This document shows positions 1 to 14,980 of a DNA stretch of 64,000 nucleotides, one piece after another. The position numbers and the translations under genes are program-made. Below the pieces are notes generated by a model. It worked only from the letters and a program-made list of their open reading frames with translations. It was not told where the DNA came from and ran no database searches. The stretch is from Lepidodermella squamata (taxonomy: Eukaryota > Animalia > Gastrotricha), in NCBI GenBank assembly GCA_047495785.1, contig JBLDXI010000036.1, positions 124,001-188,000 on the forward strand. The letters run 5' to 3'. The stretch's first letter is position 1. Every line of letters begins with the position of its first letter.

Positions 1-3000
1 TTGCTGTTATGTAGAATCCAACCCATGTCCCAAATGGGTAGAACTCCTTGAATAATCTGCGAACAATGGCTTGCTCAGTTGCACTGTTGATACTAGCAAG
101 CTGCCCTGATTGCTTAACGCATTCAGCGTTCGCATCTGTGAAAGACTTCATTTCGCCGGTGAATTCAACGTCCTCATCTGTATTTGGGCTGGCGAATTCT
201 ATCAAATAGAACTCCTTTTGCAGGCTGAGGCATTGCGCTTCGCTTTCGAAGGATTCGTTAGCCGGGAAAGGTAGCTCATCGCTGAGACACCGCTGTCGGC
301 ATGACGCTGTGCCGGTTGAAACTGACACGCATCTCATGAATCCAGACTATTCAGTTAAAAGAGAAAGTTCAAAGAATGCTTTTTTCACAACCCATAAATT
401 CTAACCCTAATCCCAATCAATTCCAATTCCTAACTTAATCTCATGCATAATCCTGACCCCAACCATACAGCCCAACCCTAACTTTGAATCCAGGCTATAA
501 TCTTTCCCAAGTTTAACTGCATTATACTAAAACCCTGAACCACATGAACCCTACCCATAACTAACTCTAAGCCGGATCCCAAGCTCAGAATATCTTTTCC
601 AACAATGAATTAATCTTCGTCCGAAATCCATAACCCTGAAGCTAACCTTATTTAGCCATAACCCAATCCACAGCATACTGCTAGAATCAACTTTAAGCCT
701 CACCTTAATCCAATATCCTATTTTTTTCCATCGCTATTGTCGAACCCCAACCAAACTCGAACTGAGTCGAACCCAATCCCCTGCATAACCCTGACCCTAA
801 CAATAATCCCAAGCTCTAATCATCGCTCATATTCTCCAAGATAGATTGCATTGTTTCCGTAATTCCTAAAATCTGACCCTAACTCTAACCCCAAAGGTAA
901 CCATGAACCTAACTTTTCTTCCCTTCGTTAGGTCCCTGCCAAATGGAACGCAAAAATCAAACTTCCTTACCGAAATTTGCTGAACGACGTATGTTTCGCA
1001 GACAGCGTAGTTCTTGTATGCTACACATCCGGAATCAGTCAAATAGTAACCACCCACTACCGTATCCGTAGGATGCATGTTGTCATAGGAAAAGCACGTC
1101 CAGTCATTGCTGTTCAGCTGAGGGGAGCCAAGTAGCGGTGATATCGGCGAGTACTTGGCACCATCGATCCATCGCAGTTCGGAATTGGATTTAACCAGGC
1201 CGACCCAAGCCGAGCGCACGTTTTCTGCCGACAACAAATTGCTAGCATGCCTAAGTTCACTAGCTGTTTTCAAAGTCGCAAGTTGGCCACCCTGCGACCG
1301 ACATCTTGCATTTGCTCCGTTCCAATCAAGGCCATTGTTTAGGCTCAGTAGGAAAATCTTCCTTTCGGCTCTCAAACAGTCAGCTTCACTAGCGAAGGAT
1401 TTTCCGACAGGTAGTGTGACTTCATCCCTCGAACAGCCGATAGACAATGGCCTGCATGTAACGGCACCCTCGGCTGATCTCAAAACACAGCGAGCATAGC
1501 CATCCTGTTGAAAACGAATAGTTCAAACTGGACAAATATACTGAGAAAACCACTTACAGGTCTGTTATAAGCCGCGAATGTTTCACATATCGCATTGTTA
1601 GCAAATCCAAAGCAATAGTAGTTTTCCGTCAGGTACGGATTTTCCTGCGAATATCGGGAATATTTCAAACACTGATAACCAGTGATCGGAACAGTATTAG
1701 GCTTCCATTGATCAAAGAGCGCCGAGAAGTCACTGCCGTCTACCCAGCGATAAATGTCATCGCTTTTCAGTAAGCCAATCCAAGCTTCATACATTGACCT
1801 CGAATCGGTATACATAAGGTCCCGCAATTCCTCCTGCTCGTCGGCTGTTTTAACTGTTGCCAACTGCCCTGATTTCGCCGCACATTCATCGTAAGCCTCG
1901 TCGTACGTCACAGAGCCGGCTGATGGGAATGCTTTGAACAGCTGTTTCTTCGCTCCGAGGCATTCTTGCTCACTTGTGAATCGTACGTTCGGAGGAAACG
2001 TGACTTCGAACTGCCCGCAGCCAGGCGAAATCGGTCGACAAGCAACGACGCCGCCTCGGCTTCTCGCGACGCATCGAACGTAAGTGGTCTATTAAAAAAG
2101 TATTTAAAAACATTTTTCGAATAAGGAGGCTTCCAATCTAATCTATATCCTAATGCGTTAAGAGCAATCCGCCCCAATTGGCAACTAGGTTACCCTAAAG
2201 AGAAATTGCTCTAAAAACCCACTTTTTAAGCAAATTAATAATTCCCCTAAAACGATACATCGATGACCGATAATAATGTATTTTCAATTTATTCTCTACT
2301 TATTATCATTTTTCGGCATTAATGGCTGAAAATTTCAAAGTTAAATTTTCTAAGAGGATGTCAACCCCAGCAGTTTCAAATCTGGTTCCCCAGTTCTAGT
2401 ATGCTTGAACCTTCGGATTCCTTTATTCCAGTCTTTGTCTAGCATCAACATCTGTGGAAAAAAGGAATCCGAAAAATCAAGCAAGGTTACTCTTCCAACC
2501 TCCATGAAATCCGATTTATGTTAACGATGGGGTTTGGTTTAGGTTTAGGTTTTAGACTGATCAATTGCATCAGATGTCGAAATTAATTAAATTAATCATT
2601 ATGTTGAACCTGAAAGGTTCAGCAAAGGTTTCAGCTGCGAACTATGACCTATTAGTCGGTTTTTGGCGTTTGAACTTCGGGAAAGCTTCATCAAACAACT
2701 GAGTTAGGAATTTAATCAATGAGCAACCTTTTTAAGCTACAGGAGGAAATATTCGGAGTTTCTAGATACTGTCCATTGTTCTTAGCGATATCTGATATCT
2801 CCATCTTTAGGTATATTGCCTCGTGGGTTATCCCAATTGCCTTTTGGGAGGATCGCTTAAAACAGTACGACATATATATATATATAATTAATAGAAAATT
2901 TCTTGTCTCACTTGAACTTCTTTACATAGTAGATTGAATTTACATAGATTCTTTTCATAGATTGAATAAGTATGGTGTTCTCGCGTGAAAAAATTAATGG

Positions 3001-6000
3001 GAAAAATTTCTCACTCGAGGTTCATCTATTGATAGATTTTCAAGTTTCCTTACATTTCCTTCTGAGCTGGTAACGAAAGTCTCACAGACAGCGCCGTAAG
3101 ATGTGCCAGCACAAGATACTTTTTTAAGGTAGAATCCAGGTGGAGTGGAGAGATCGACACGGATGCGTTCGTAGATGCCGCAAGAGCTGCCAATTTCCTG
3201 CTCGCTCAGCACCAAACGGCTGAAGAAATTCACATATTCCGAACCATCGATCCAGCGAGGTCTTACTAGACCAACCCAAGCTGAGCTCACCCCACCTTCG
3301 GCTAATGCCTTTCGCACGGTCTCTTCCTCTGTAGCTGTTGTAATCGTTGCAAGCTGCCCGGACAGGTCGGAACATGCATCGCTGGCATCGCGCCAAGATT
3401 GGTACTCCGTAAATTTGATCGCCAAGTATTGTTTGCGTTGATTCAAGCATGATGCTTCGTCATCAAAGATAACGCCCCGAGGAAGAGAATCTTCATCAGG
3501 GCGGCAGCCAACTGCAGTGGATCGGCAGGCCACATTGCCGTTCAAGGACGAAACACAGCGAGCGAAACCGGTCTAGATTTGAGGGCATAAATGTAAATTA
3601 TAAGACCTTTGGTTGAAATGAAACATACCGAGGGCAGCTTTGGCTCGAAAGTCTCGCAAACAGCCGCAGCTTTTAGGCCATCACACGGCACGTCGTTGAA
3701 GTAGAGCAATCCGGAATTCCGTGTGCTCAGCTCAATACACAGCCCATCGCCAGACGGCTCACCCGCATGCCACAGCTGTTGGATCGGTCTCAATCTCGCT
3801 CCATCAATCCAGGCGAACTTCAATGAATCCGAGTCGTACCTCAGGCCAATCCATACGGGCAGTTTTGATGCGTTGCTGCGGAGAAGCTCGCGGGCTTGAT
3901 TCAACTCAATTGGTGTTTTCAGCGCGGCGAGGCGGCCATTTTGTTGGCTACAGGCCACGCTAGCCGCTTCGTAGTTGGACGCGGGTGATAGGTCAGCTAT
4001 GAATAGCCTTTTTACTGCGTAGAGGCATTCGAATTTGTCGTTGAAAGCAAAATTCGGCGGGAACTGTTCTTCGCTATTCAGGCATTGCTGGCGGCATGTT
4101 ACTCTTCCGTTTTTAGATGAATCGAAGCATCGAACGAAAGGCTGTAAAAATCAGTTCAATCAGCCTAGTTTAAAAAGGTCTAGGGCATAATCCCTTTGTA
4201 TACAATGCGTCGAGTTTTATAATTTTCCAACCGATCACAATATTTCTAAATTTTGAATTCGATTCAATCTGCCCCGTGAGCCTCTATTTATCAATCATAA
4301 TCAATCTGAAATCGTTGATTTTAAAAATTAAAATTATATAAAAATTAATTTTATAAAATTAACATTATTAATTATTAAAAATTAAATTAAATTGATTAAA
4401 TTAAAAATATTAAAAAATTAAAAAATTAAAATTAAAATTAAAATTATATACGTAAATTATATAAAAATTAAAATTATGATTTTAAAAAATTCCTAGTAAA
4501 TCTAATATAAAGAGCTTGGGAATTATAATCCCTATTTGGTCGGAATCAAAATAAAATCCAATGCTCTAGTATCCAGAAACCTTGATTTTTCCTTGGAATT
4601 TTACGACACCAGACACGAAAAGACACAAGCAATCCGAAGTTGAGACAGTCTCGATAAACTTACTCCAGGCAATGCGTCGACCATCTTCTCACAAATTGCC
4701 CCTTTCGCGGTCATCGAACAAGGCACATCATTCAGATAGATTCCAACGGGCTGTGAAGCCGTTGACCCGAAATTTTCGTAAACTCCACATTGGCCATTTC
4801 CGTCAGGGTTCCCCGGGCCCCACTGCATTCCAAGTCTTTGAAATCGCGAGCCATCAATCCAGCCGAAATCCGCCGTCCTCGTGAGACCAACCCATGCCTG
4901 ATTAAGGTAGCTCGCCGGATACTCAGCCATGAGCTCAGTCACTTGTCGGTGCTCGACCGCAGTCCTGATAGCCGCTAAGCTCCCGTTTTTCCGGCTGCAC
5001 TCTCTGTTCGCCACGTCCCAAGTCGCTGGATCCTCGAAAATAATCGAAAAGAACTCTTTCTGAGCGGTGGAGCAGTGATTCAACGTGGAATAGCTCATTG
5101 TGAGTTGATCTACTATTTCGTCACCAATACAGCCATCCGTTATCGCCCGGCAAGTAATTCCACCTGTATAGAATGAAACGCATCGAATGTAACCGGGCTG
5201 AAATAAAAAAATCATGAAAAAATCGTCATAAATATTGGGAAGGACAAACTGTAGGCTGCTCATAGCTGTAAGATTCGCACAGTGCAAAGTCTTTTTCTTG
5301 GGAGATCTGGTCGAGGCGAAGGAAAAAGTTAGAAGGTTTCACTTCAGCTGGATCGAACATGACAACCGAGCCAAAGGAATCTTCTAGGCTGTTTGGGACA
5401 GGCTCGGCTACTCCTGGCAGCTGGGCGTATTCAGCACCATCGGTCCACTTCAAAGCTGATTCACTTCTGACAAGACCGATCCAAGCCGATTCGATTGATC
5501 TGCTGGTCAAGAGTTGGCGAACTTGTTGAAACTCGGCGGCTGATTTTATTGTCGCTAGCTGGCATCTGCCCGATGCTTCGTGCCAACTACCGCGTGTTTC
5601 CAAGATGGAATATTGTTTCTTAGCTTGAAGACATTCTGCCTCGGACTGGAAAGCCGCCGACGTCTTGGCTGTTGTTTCATGGCGCTCGCAGCCTGGAGGA
5701 AATTTGCGACAAACTGCTTGTCCACCAGTTGACCTCGAAACACATCGAACGTATGAGACCTTAAAAAATTAAAATTAATTTAATTAAAAAATTAATTTAG
5801 GAATAAATAGATTAATTAATCAAATGATTTATTACACTTATAGCGTGTCCCATAGGTAACGCAAGCAAAAAGAATACAGGAAAAGGATTCATCACATACT
5901 CTAAGGGTGTTTTTTTTTATTCAGCCCGGCCTGCCCGAACAAACTGCCCATGAACATTTTTTATTCTGCCCGCACAGCCCGACTCGCCCGTATCGTCCGC

Positions 6001-9000
6001 AGAGCATTCAGCAATATTCCCTGGTTTCCCACACTTCCCGGCCAGCCCGTAACGCCCGGCCTTTTGAGACCGGGCGAAGCAAAAAATTGATCAGGCACGC
6101 GATTTCACAGCAAAAAATTGACAAAAACTATCCGATTGACTCAGTTCAACTTGGATAACTTTATACGTGATTAATCATCTCAGCCTAAGCTACCTATTTG
6201 CGATCGCATTATACCGATTTTCCAACTACGGAAGCGATTTTTCGAATTTTCCTGGGGCTAAGAAAAAGGGCCATAATAACGCCGTGACCGACCTGCACGA
6301 GCGCGAAGGAGATCATCCATTCCATGAAAACCTCATCGGTGTTGAAAACTAATGAATTCAAATTACGGAATTCGTATTTGACAGAGCTAATTATCGGAAG
6401 TCGAGATAATAAAGCGATGTGCATCACAATATCATCTATTTAAATTAACTAGAGACTACCTGATTAGCATGAATCACGCGAAACGTCAAAAACGCGTTCA
6501 TGCGATGTGGCTTTCCGGATCAGCCCGTTAACATTCAATAATTATTCCGCGTTTCCCCGCTTACCCGCGGGAGAGTTGGGCTGTATTGCTGAATGCTTTT
6601 AGGCGCCCGCCTTTCCCGGATTTTTTTATTGCTATTTTCCCGCGATTCCCAGAAAATCCGAGCTCGTCCGCAAAAAAACACGGGCGAATAAAAAAATGTG
6701 CTCATTGCCCGCCCAGCCAGGATTTTTTTATTATTTTCCCGGGAATTCCGGCGGGCTGCCCCGGGCGAGGCGGGGAATAAAAAAAACACCCAAAAGTGAT
6801 AGACGAAGTCACGTCTCGTGGCCAGAAAAATTCATAAAATCACGAGAATCGAGAATCAAGTATGTCACTTGTTAATGGGATTAAAAAAGTCCGGAGAAAT
6901 TTGGTCCAAACGGTTAAAATACCGAAAATTACCGAACCAGCTACCATCGGGTGTTTCCGGGTTTTCTCCGGTAAATTTTTCATTTCTTCGGTTAATTCGC
7001 GGATAAAAGATGGAATTTTCTCTCAAACAAACTAGTTGTATTTCCTACAAAAAGTTGCCAAATTAAAAATTGTTGCGCAACTTCTGGAACACGCTGTAAA
7101 ATCCCTGAGCTGAAATGTGCTGAATTCGCTTAATGGTATGATTAAATAAAATGACCATGAGAATTGCTGGACACGTTACGTTAGTTCCCTGGTGAATTCC
7201 TAAATTTCACTCTATTGCTATGAGATCATGAACGACTCACCGGTCTAGTTTCTTCGCGATAGGTCTCGCAGATAGCGAAGTGAGCGGCAGCATCGCACGG
7301 AGCGTCATTCATGTACAAACGCGATAGATAATCTCCTATAGTGCCGTAGCCAATATAAGCCACGCATGTTTCGTTGCTGCTCGGCTCACCAGGCCCCCAT
7401 TGCTGGACGAGCGGCTTGAACTCTGAGCCATCAACCCACGTGTATCTGTCGGAAATTATCCGGAGACCGATCCAGGCTGTATTTGAAGATCTCGCGTAAA
7501 GCAGAGCTCGAACTTGGTCTTGCTCGTCGGCTGCTTTTACCGAGGCGAGTCGCGCGGAGCTTCTCAGACACAGTTGTCGAGCGTCCTCGAAGTTGAGCCC
7601 TTGCAATGCGTCTGGAATGAATAGAACCTTGGCAGCATAGTGGCAGGCTAGTTCAGTTGAAAAGGCGAGATCGCGAGGGAATGTTTGCTCTTCTCTTTGG
7701 CAACCAGAATCGTAAGGCCGGCACGTAACTTCACCATTTCTTGCCACACACCGAACGTAACCAGCCTGAAACAGAGTTCACATAACTTTCTCATATCAAA
7801 ATCTTTCAAGGTCCACAAACCTTGACGATTGGATCATCGAAGGTCTCGCAGATCACAGCCTGAACTGTTGAATCACAGGGGACATTTTTCAGGTAATATA
7901 TCTCCTGCGCCGTATAGGGAAAGTACGCAGCACACGAATCCACACCCGGCTCATCGAAGCCCCATTGATCAGATAGCTCACTGAACACAGAACCATCATT
8001 CCAGGTCAGATTGCCTGAAATTCCGGTCAAGCCGACCCAGGCGGACAAGGTTAGTGAGCTCGAAAGCATCAGCCTCCTTAATTCGACTTGATCATCAGCC
8101 GACTTGATAGTCGCAAGCTGTGCCGATTTCGAAGAGCAGAGATGCCGAGCGGTTAATCGGTTGATTGGTTCAGAGCTAGCCTCGATGAACAGCGTTTTAC
8201 GCGCAAACTTGCAGTCGAATTCTGAGAGAAAGATTTTCTCATTCGGAAAGGTAACTTCCATCCTATCGCAACCGCGTTCGATTGGTCTACAGGCAGCAGA
8301 ACCTCCGCCATATTTAGCTAAACAACGAACAAAGCCCTATGGATAAAGAAATAAATCGGATCTAGCCGGAAAATACCATATAACTCACGTTAGAAACAGC
8401 TATTGGTCTAAAGGATTGGCATATGGCACCATTTAAGGTAGCTGAGCAAGAGAGGCTCTTGAGGTAATAATCAGGAGCTTGGGAATTCGAAGCGGTGAGA
8501 AATTCATAGATTCCACAAGAATCGACTGGGATAAGGTCGAGGTTAGGGATTTGTCCTGGAAGCTCAAGATAAAGCGAACCGTCCAGCCATATCAACTTTT
8601 CAGCCTTAGTCAGCCCAACCCAAGCTTGATTAAAAGATTCGCCCGAAATTAGGTTGCGAGAGATTTCTTGCTCTGTAGCCGTGGTTATCGAAGCCAATTG
8701 GCCTGAAGCTTCGGAACAGGCGTTTTCGGCTTCGAGCCAAGTCTTCGCTTCATCAAACTTGAGTATAAACAGATATTTTTCCTGGTTTGAACATTCTGAG
8801 CGGTTGGAATAGATGACGCCAGGTGGCGAGTGGACTTCATCCAGAGCACATCCGATCGAACTCCGCCGGCATGTCGCTGTTCCAGTTGCAAATGACACGC
8901 ACCTTTTGAAGCCGGCCTATAAACAAAAAAGAAAACGGGAATGTTTAATAAACCACGAAATTGAAAAAAATTTGAAAATAAATTTTAAAAATTTCAGAAA

Positions 9001-10276
9001 ATGTTCAAAATGTGATCAGAGCAACATACGAGTCCTACATCGGCCATGCATTTGCCATAGTTAACCGCAAAACTGTTCTCGGAAGCGTAAATTTTGACCT
9101 TGAAAATACAAACAAAATTAACTTGAATTTCGCAAACAAAACTCAAAACGATACCTGTTGCAATCCTTGCGGGCACGATGCGTAGCATACACTTGAAGTG
9201 AGTGATTCGCACTGAACAGCATTCTACAGAAACAGATCGGAAATTTTAGAATTTTATCAGTTAGAAAATTGAAAAATGAACTCACAAATCTCAAGCAATT
9301 TTCTTCAGATATGAAAGCTTCGGGCGAATATATCGAAGTCTCAGCAGGCGCTGGACACTTTTTACGGCAGGCTTTGAAATTTCGCGTCGAGGTATCGAAG
9401 CAGCGATAAACAGGGGCGAGGTCTGGAGCTTGAACTTGAAAAAATCCTAATTAAACGAAATTCAATTTTTGACTGGAAAATTTTACGCCATTTAGTTCGA
9501 CAATCTTCCAAATCATCGAATGTTCGCCCTGGTTTCTGTAATATCGAGATTTGAAACTGAGAAAAATTGACAAATTATTGTTAACCGTCCCGGCCGGGCA
9601 GTCCAATCGCTTCGGCATGCACGTCACCGTGTAACTGCCTTGATGACAGCGTTTGAAATGCTGGCTCTGAATTTGATTTTAATGGCGATAATCTGCTAGT
9701 TCCCATAGCTGGTCTTACCTCAAAATTTTTCAGAGCCACTTCGCAATCCTCGTAATTTTCTCTGAAGAATCTGACACGGTTGAAAACTTTGACCTGGAAA
9801 GAGACATTAATTTTGTGAATTTAATCTATCAAGTGAAATTTGGAAAAAAAATCCCAAATTATTTAGCTGCTCGATTATATCGAAAAATCTAACCTCAACC
9901 TCGCCTTCGCGACAACTCGTGATTCCAAAGCGGCAGATTGGCCTCAATTTTTCGTACAGGTAACAAAGTCTCGCAGCCTAAATGAAAATAATTGCCTAAA
10001 CACTGTTAAATCAATAAAAAAATAATAGAATTAACCCCCTGAGTGCAGACTGTAACATCAGTAAAATTCAGCCCTCGCTGTTAAAACAGATTTTGAAATT
10101 AGAAATTTTAATGCTGAGTAAATCTAAATTACCTGGTACTCATTTAATCGACAACCTGCAGGTAATCTTCGACATCGTTTAAACGAGGCGTCGAACTGTG
10201 AGAAGCACCGTATCCAATTTGTTGCATAAGCAACGGGTACAGCAAAAATCGCAATCAAAATAACGGAGCGTAACAT
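1..10276 (-). CDS. Secreted multi-C-type-lectin protein, paralog A (5' part; continues off the left edge of the window)
   Basis: ATG at 10276 with a signal peptide ([18 protein letters not shown]). Several small Cys-rich exons (ca. 10276-9000) follow. Then come ~510-550 nt exons at ca. 8916-8389, 8336-7821, 7766-7241, 5759-5250, 5197-4664, 4142-3630, 3572-3054, 2087-1557, 1504-971 and 346-<1. Each encodes a 4-Cys module plus a CTLD (C..GQLATIK...AWVGL...WIDG...C...C...AVCE). Colinear with copy B at 59429-46190. Confidence 0.88.
400..915. repeat. Degenerate (TAACCC)-like intronic repeat; similar tracts at ~47570-47870 and ~53730-53820
   Basis: Scattered ccctaac/aaccct units inside introns. 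Confidence 0.6.
5904..6790. mobile_element. TIR element (possibly PIF/Harbinger-like MITE)
   Basis: GGGTGTTTTTTTTTATTC ... GAATAAAAAAAAACACCC termini with GC-rich subterminal repeats. Absent from the matching intron of copy B. Confidence 0.6.
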
Positions 10277-13200
10277 TTTTAACGCAAATAAAACCGGAAA
10301 AATAAATAAATTGAATGGTCTATTAGCTTTATAAATTCAAAAAGCGAATCATTCGAGAAAGTTCTTTAGTGAAGCGCGTGTCACACGTCATAGACATAAT
10401 ATCATAGACATAGACATGATTCACGTATTTAGGACGAACACGTGTGAGGCCACTAGTGGTGTGGTACTTAGTTACTATCGGAGTTGAAATTAGTGGCCAT
10501 TCACAAAAAATACAAATGAGCGTAAATTTTAAAATAACCTCTCAATGTCCACGTTTTATCGTTATCGGCCATTGGCAGGTCAAAGTTAAATTTTTTTTTA
10601 TGATTTTCATGACGTCATCTACCGACAGAAATTGTCGCGAATTTTTATGTTGATTAATTTCAATTATATTTGATAAAAAATTGAAAATAATTATTAAAAG
10701 GGGCATGTAATCGAAGCAAAAAAATTTATTATTCGTCTGAATTTATTATAATTAACCCAAAATTTTTAAATATTCGCTGTTTTCAGCCAAAATTAATTTG
10801 AAAATTTACTTTGGGGCAAATGTTAAATAAAATCCGAGCGAAATCAAATTGATTCTCCTGAATTTTACTTTTTGACCTCATTCTTGACATTATTCTAATA
10901 AATTTGGCTGAAAATAGCTTGAAATCGACGAAAAATACCATAAATCAAATAAAATTTATGTCTTGCTCGAGGCAGGACTTGGATTTTATTAAAATATGGC
11001 TGTTTATCGCAAAATTAATCAAGTTTTTAGCTGAAATCTCTTGCGCAACAATGAAAATGCTGATTCATCGCGTATTCAGGGATACGTTTTCAGCAACACT
11101 TACGAGGACAGCAATGGTGCCATAATTTTTTCACTGTAAGGTACTGGGAAACGTAACCGAAATCTTTCATTTTGCTGAGCGATGCTCGTACATGAATGTG
11201 AATCTTATTGCTTCCAAAAATGGCTCAAATTTTGGCCATATGCAGTTTAGTATTTTCGGACCCCGCAACACGCTTGCCTCAAACCCTAACCGCGACACTA
11301 ACCTAATACTGATAATATCATCAGGGCCGTATCAGCGAGCAGCGAAAATCGCGTACATATCAGATTTATCGGCAGTCGTTCTGCATTTCATTCTGCAAAA
11401 CAGAAATTATTCATGAATTTCCAGATCAATAATCGGAATATATATGTAGCTAGATGTTACGTTGATTGTCCCGCTGCCAATTTTCAAATCAGGCAAATTT
11501 CTGGAAAATTATAATCTTGATGTCAGCCATGAGCTTGCATTACCTATTCTCCCTTCTTTCAACCCACACGAATCAAAATTTCGAAATATATCGAAGCTGC
11601 AGCTTTTCATGAATAATCCGGGCAATAATATTGGTTTGATTTATACTATCAGCGATATTAAGAGAGCCTGTATTTAACAGCGAGAACAGTGCAACACTTT
11701 CGGGTCTGACTAGTCCCGCGAGAAAAAAATTCCAAGAAAATCCGCTTCAGGCTGCATTAGCCAAATTTCACCCTAATTGTATGAAATAAGAGTTCAAATT
11801 GAATGTTCCCTTTTGCCCATGTTGTAAGCAGGTCCAGGCAAATAATCAGAGTGCGATAAAAGCCACAAAAAGCTTAAAAATCCAAATTACTGTACATGTG
11901 CTGAACAGACAGTGTTATGCAACAATTCACTCTCAGCAAACCAACGGCTGGTAACGGGTGGTAATGCGTGGGTAACGGCTGTTAACGCAAGGGAAACGCC
12001 TCCAGCCGTTAAAGCGTTTTTTTAGGGTTAGAGCGCGGCGACCCAGGGTTTTCCACGAGTCACTCAGGAATTCATAGGCGTTATTTTTATTGATGTGCTA
12101 ACGGCTGCATAGTTTGAGTTGCGGTCGAATTATCAAGCGTTATTTTTTTAACGCTTCAAAAAATCGTAATGCCTGAAAACGCCTCGATAGGCATGAAAAT
12201 GCTTGGTAACGCCTAAAAATGGCTGATGATTACATAACAATGGCCATCCCGCATGCATGCCTCCACATGCAGCAAAAGTTTCTCTTCATTTGCGTTTGTT
12301 TCACAATGAAAGTTTCACCGAGTTTAAAAATCGAGATTTCAAACTGCAAGACCGATTAAGGTCAAAATCTTTCATCGTAAGCCATCTTACTGGGTGTTAT
12401 TGGCGCAGAAAATAGCTGACCATGCCTCTTCAGGGTATATTGACTATTTTGGGCTTCGGCTCTAAATTTATCTTTTAATTTTATTATTTAAATTAATTAT
12501 TTAATTTTATTATTTAAGATTCAAGACGTGAGCTGTCCACGTTTTATCGATATCAGCCATTGTCGGGTCAAAAAATTTCAAAAAAATTCTTTTTTTTTCA
12601 TGACTTATATGATTTTAATGACGTCATTTACCAACAAAATCGCTGCGTATTAATAAATTGTCGAGCTATTGACAACTGTTTAATTTATTTCTTAATTTCA
12701 AAAACACTGTAATTTTACTCAGTTTGATTTTGCATAGTAACGTGACCTTGGGCCTTTGACTTGGACGCCGCAAGGAACTAATTGACGAGCTCTGTTGCTT
12801 GGATCTAAAATGCCGGGCTGTCTAAAACGCTAAGAACGTTACACTTTTATTAAAAAACACAATGAGCACAGTTTCCTGCCAAAAAATGAACTGTCTGCTT
12901 TTTATGGAAAATTTACAAAGCGTCGCGTGATTTTAGAAAAAAATGGCACACTTAATCTAAAATAAGTGATTTTGATCACGCAACGGTCCGTTATTGATGG
13001 GGACGAGGTCACGTCTCAGTTTCTAGCAACTTACGCTTAGGCTAACATTGATTTCGCCTGGTTTCTACGCCACAGAAAAATGTGAACTGTCCGCACTTGG
13101 ACAGTTCGCAAGATAGTTTGACCTTGAGTATATCGAGTTCAAACAAACTGGAGAACACGTGATGTTGATATCGAAATTAACCATGACGCTCGATAACGCC

Positions 13201-14188
13201 AGGACAATTTTTTCTTGGAACGGAAGAATCACGGACTAAGAATGCATACGTATGGTGAATTGTTTGTACTTATGACGCCACTACACAATCACGCACTGTC
13301 CTCGATTTCGACATTCAAAGCTGAGACAATCACTTATTAATTATTCAGGCGTGTCGTTTTTTCTCTTATAATCTGTTACACATTCGTCGCATTTACACTA
13401 GACTACCCATAATTATCCAAGTTAATTACTTCCACTGTTATGCAATCATTTTCACGAAAAAGACTGAATGCGTGGTTATATCCATTTTTCAAACAAATTC
13501 ATCATATTTGGCACTTGGTCGAGAACAAATATCACAAAATCAGCTCGACTTAGGTCTATGCATGCCTATAGCACCTCGCTTCAAGCTTGCTATGAAAAAA
13601 ATCCGAATTTTCCAAATTTTTCCGAGAAAAAGTAAAAATAATTTGAAAGCTTGAAAAATAGTATTTAAATACGACACTTCTAACTAGCGGATCAAAATTG
13701 AAGTATTCGCGGCGATGGCTGTTCCGATATTATTAAAATAATTTAGGGAGCATTATCTCATAGAAATTTAGAAATTTCAATTTAGGCTCATGGTCATGTA
13801 TAAAGGAACGGTCAACGAAAACCACGAAAATCATGAGAAAATCTCGAAACTATCAATATTTTCTTATTTTATTTTTATTTTTTCAGTATATTTTTTCTTG
13901 TTTTTTTTACAGTACCTACCGGGTGGCTGGAAACTGCCCCGGTGGCGCGATTCGTTGCATACTGTATATCTACTAATTTTCGGTGGTCATGGTTTGATCT
14001 ATGAATTCGGTGTTTTTGCAAAAATATCGGAATTAAAATAACCGAATATTAATTCTAATTAAAATAAATAGATTTTTTCCTCAACAGCCAGCCAAAAACC
14101 GAATTCAAATCCACCAAAATTTAATGTACAGGCACACATTCTCCAAAACCGAAAATTAATGACCACCGAAAATGAGTAGATATACGAG

Positions 14189-14360
14189 GTGGCCAAAAAA
14201 TTATGCAGAGCGGGAATTCGCTGCGCATCAATTTAATGAGGAGTTTTAAGAAGTTGAAGAATTTCAAGCATTCTTTTGCCAATGGAACTCCTCAATTTCT
14301 TGAAACTCCTCATTAAATTGATGCGCAGCGAATTCCCGCTCTGCATAATTTTTTGGCCAC
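14189..14360. repeat. Near-perfect palindrome / MITE
   Basis: gtggccaaaaaattatgcagagcgggaattcgctgcgcatcaatttaatgaggag is followed by its exact reverse complement. Confidence 0.85.
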
Positions 14361-14980
14361 TAATTCTTTTCAGGAGGATTTTGGCAACATTTAAGATTTT
14401 TTATGATTGCGAAATCGATCATTTCTATTTTTCCAGAAAGAGAATTTTATAGATCACGTTCCAGCCAAAAATGCGATTGCGAAATCGCGATTACTTGATA
14501 CCTCAAAATTTGAGTTTTAAATCACCTTGCTTTGACTTGTTAACAGCGCCCATAAAATTTGCACACAAAAATAATAACAGCGCTCACTCGAGTTTAAGTA
14601 AAAATGATGACGCAACAACCGAAGTAATTAACATCGATAATTACGAAGTAGCTCGTGTAAATGCGACGATTATCTTTCATTTTTCAACGCAGCGAAGGCT
14701 CTAAAATTACTATTTTTCCATACTCATTTAACATAGACAGCTGGAGCGTCACTAAAACTACTTTTTCGTAATTTCGAAAAATGTAACGAAATACGAAATT
14801 ATAAATTTGCCTGCGAGTACAAGTTTTAGTTTTGTATCAATTATTTTCTCCTGGCTGCTGAGTTTGGCTGCTGAGACATGCCAGAGTTGAATTCAGAAAT
14901 TAAACAGATCTTTGCGGTGATTTTTTGGAGCTCAGTTTGAGACTTTCACCCATAGACAATAATACAAAATCGAAAACTTA

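Noticed and set aside
400-915. Telomere or interstitial telomere
   Set aside because: The units are highly degenerate, intronic and recur in the paralogous intron; there is no long perfect TTAGGG tract.
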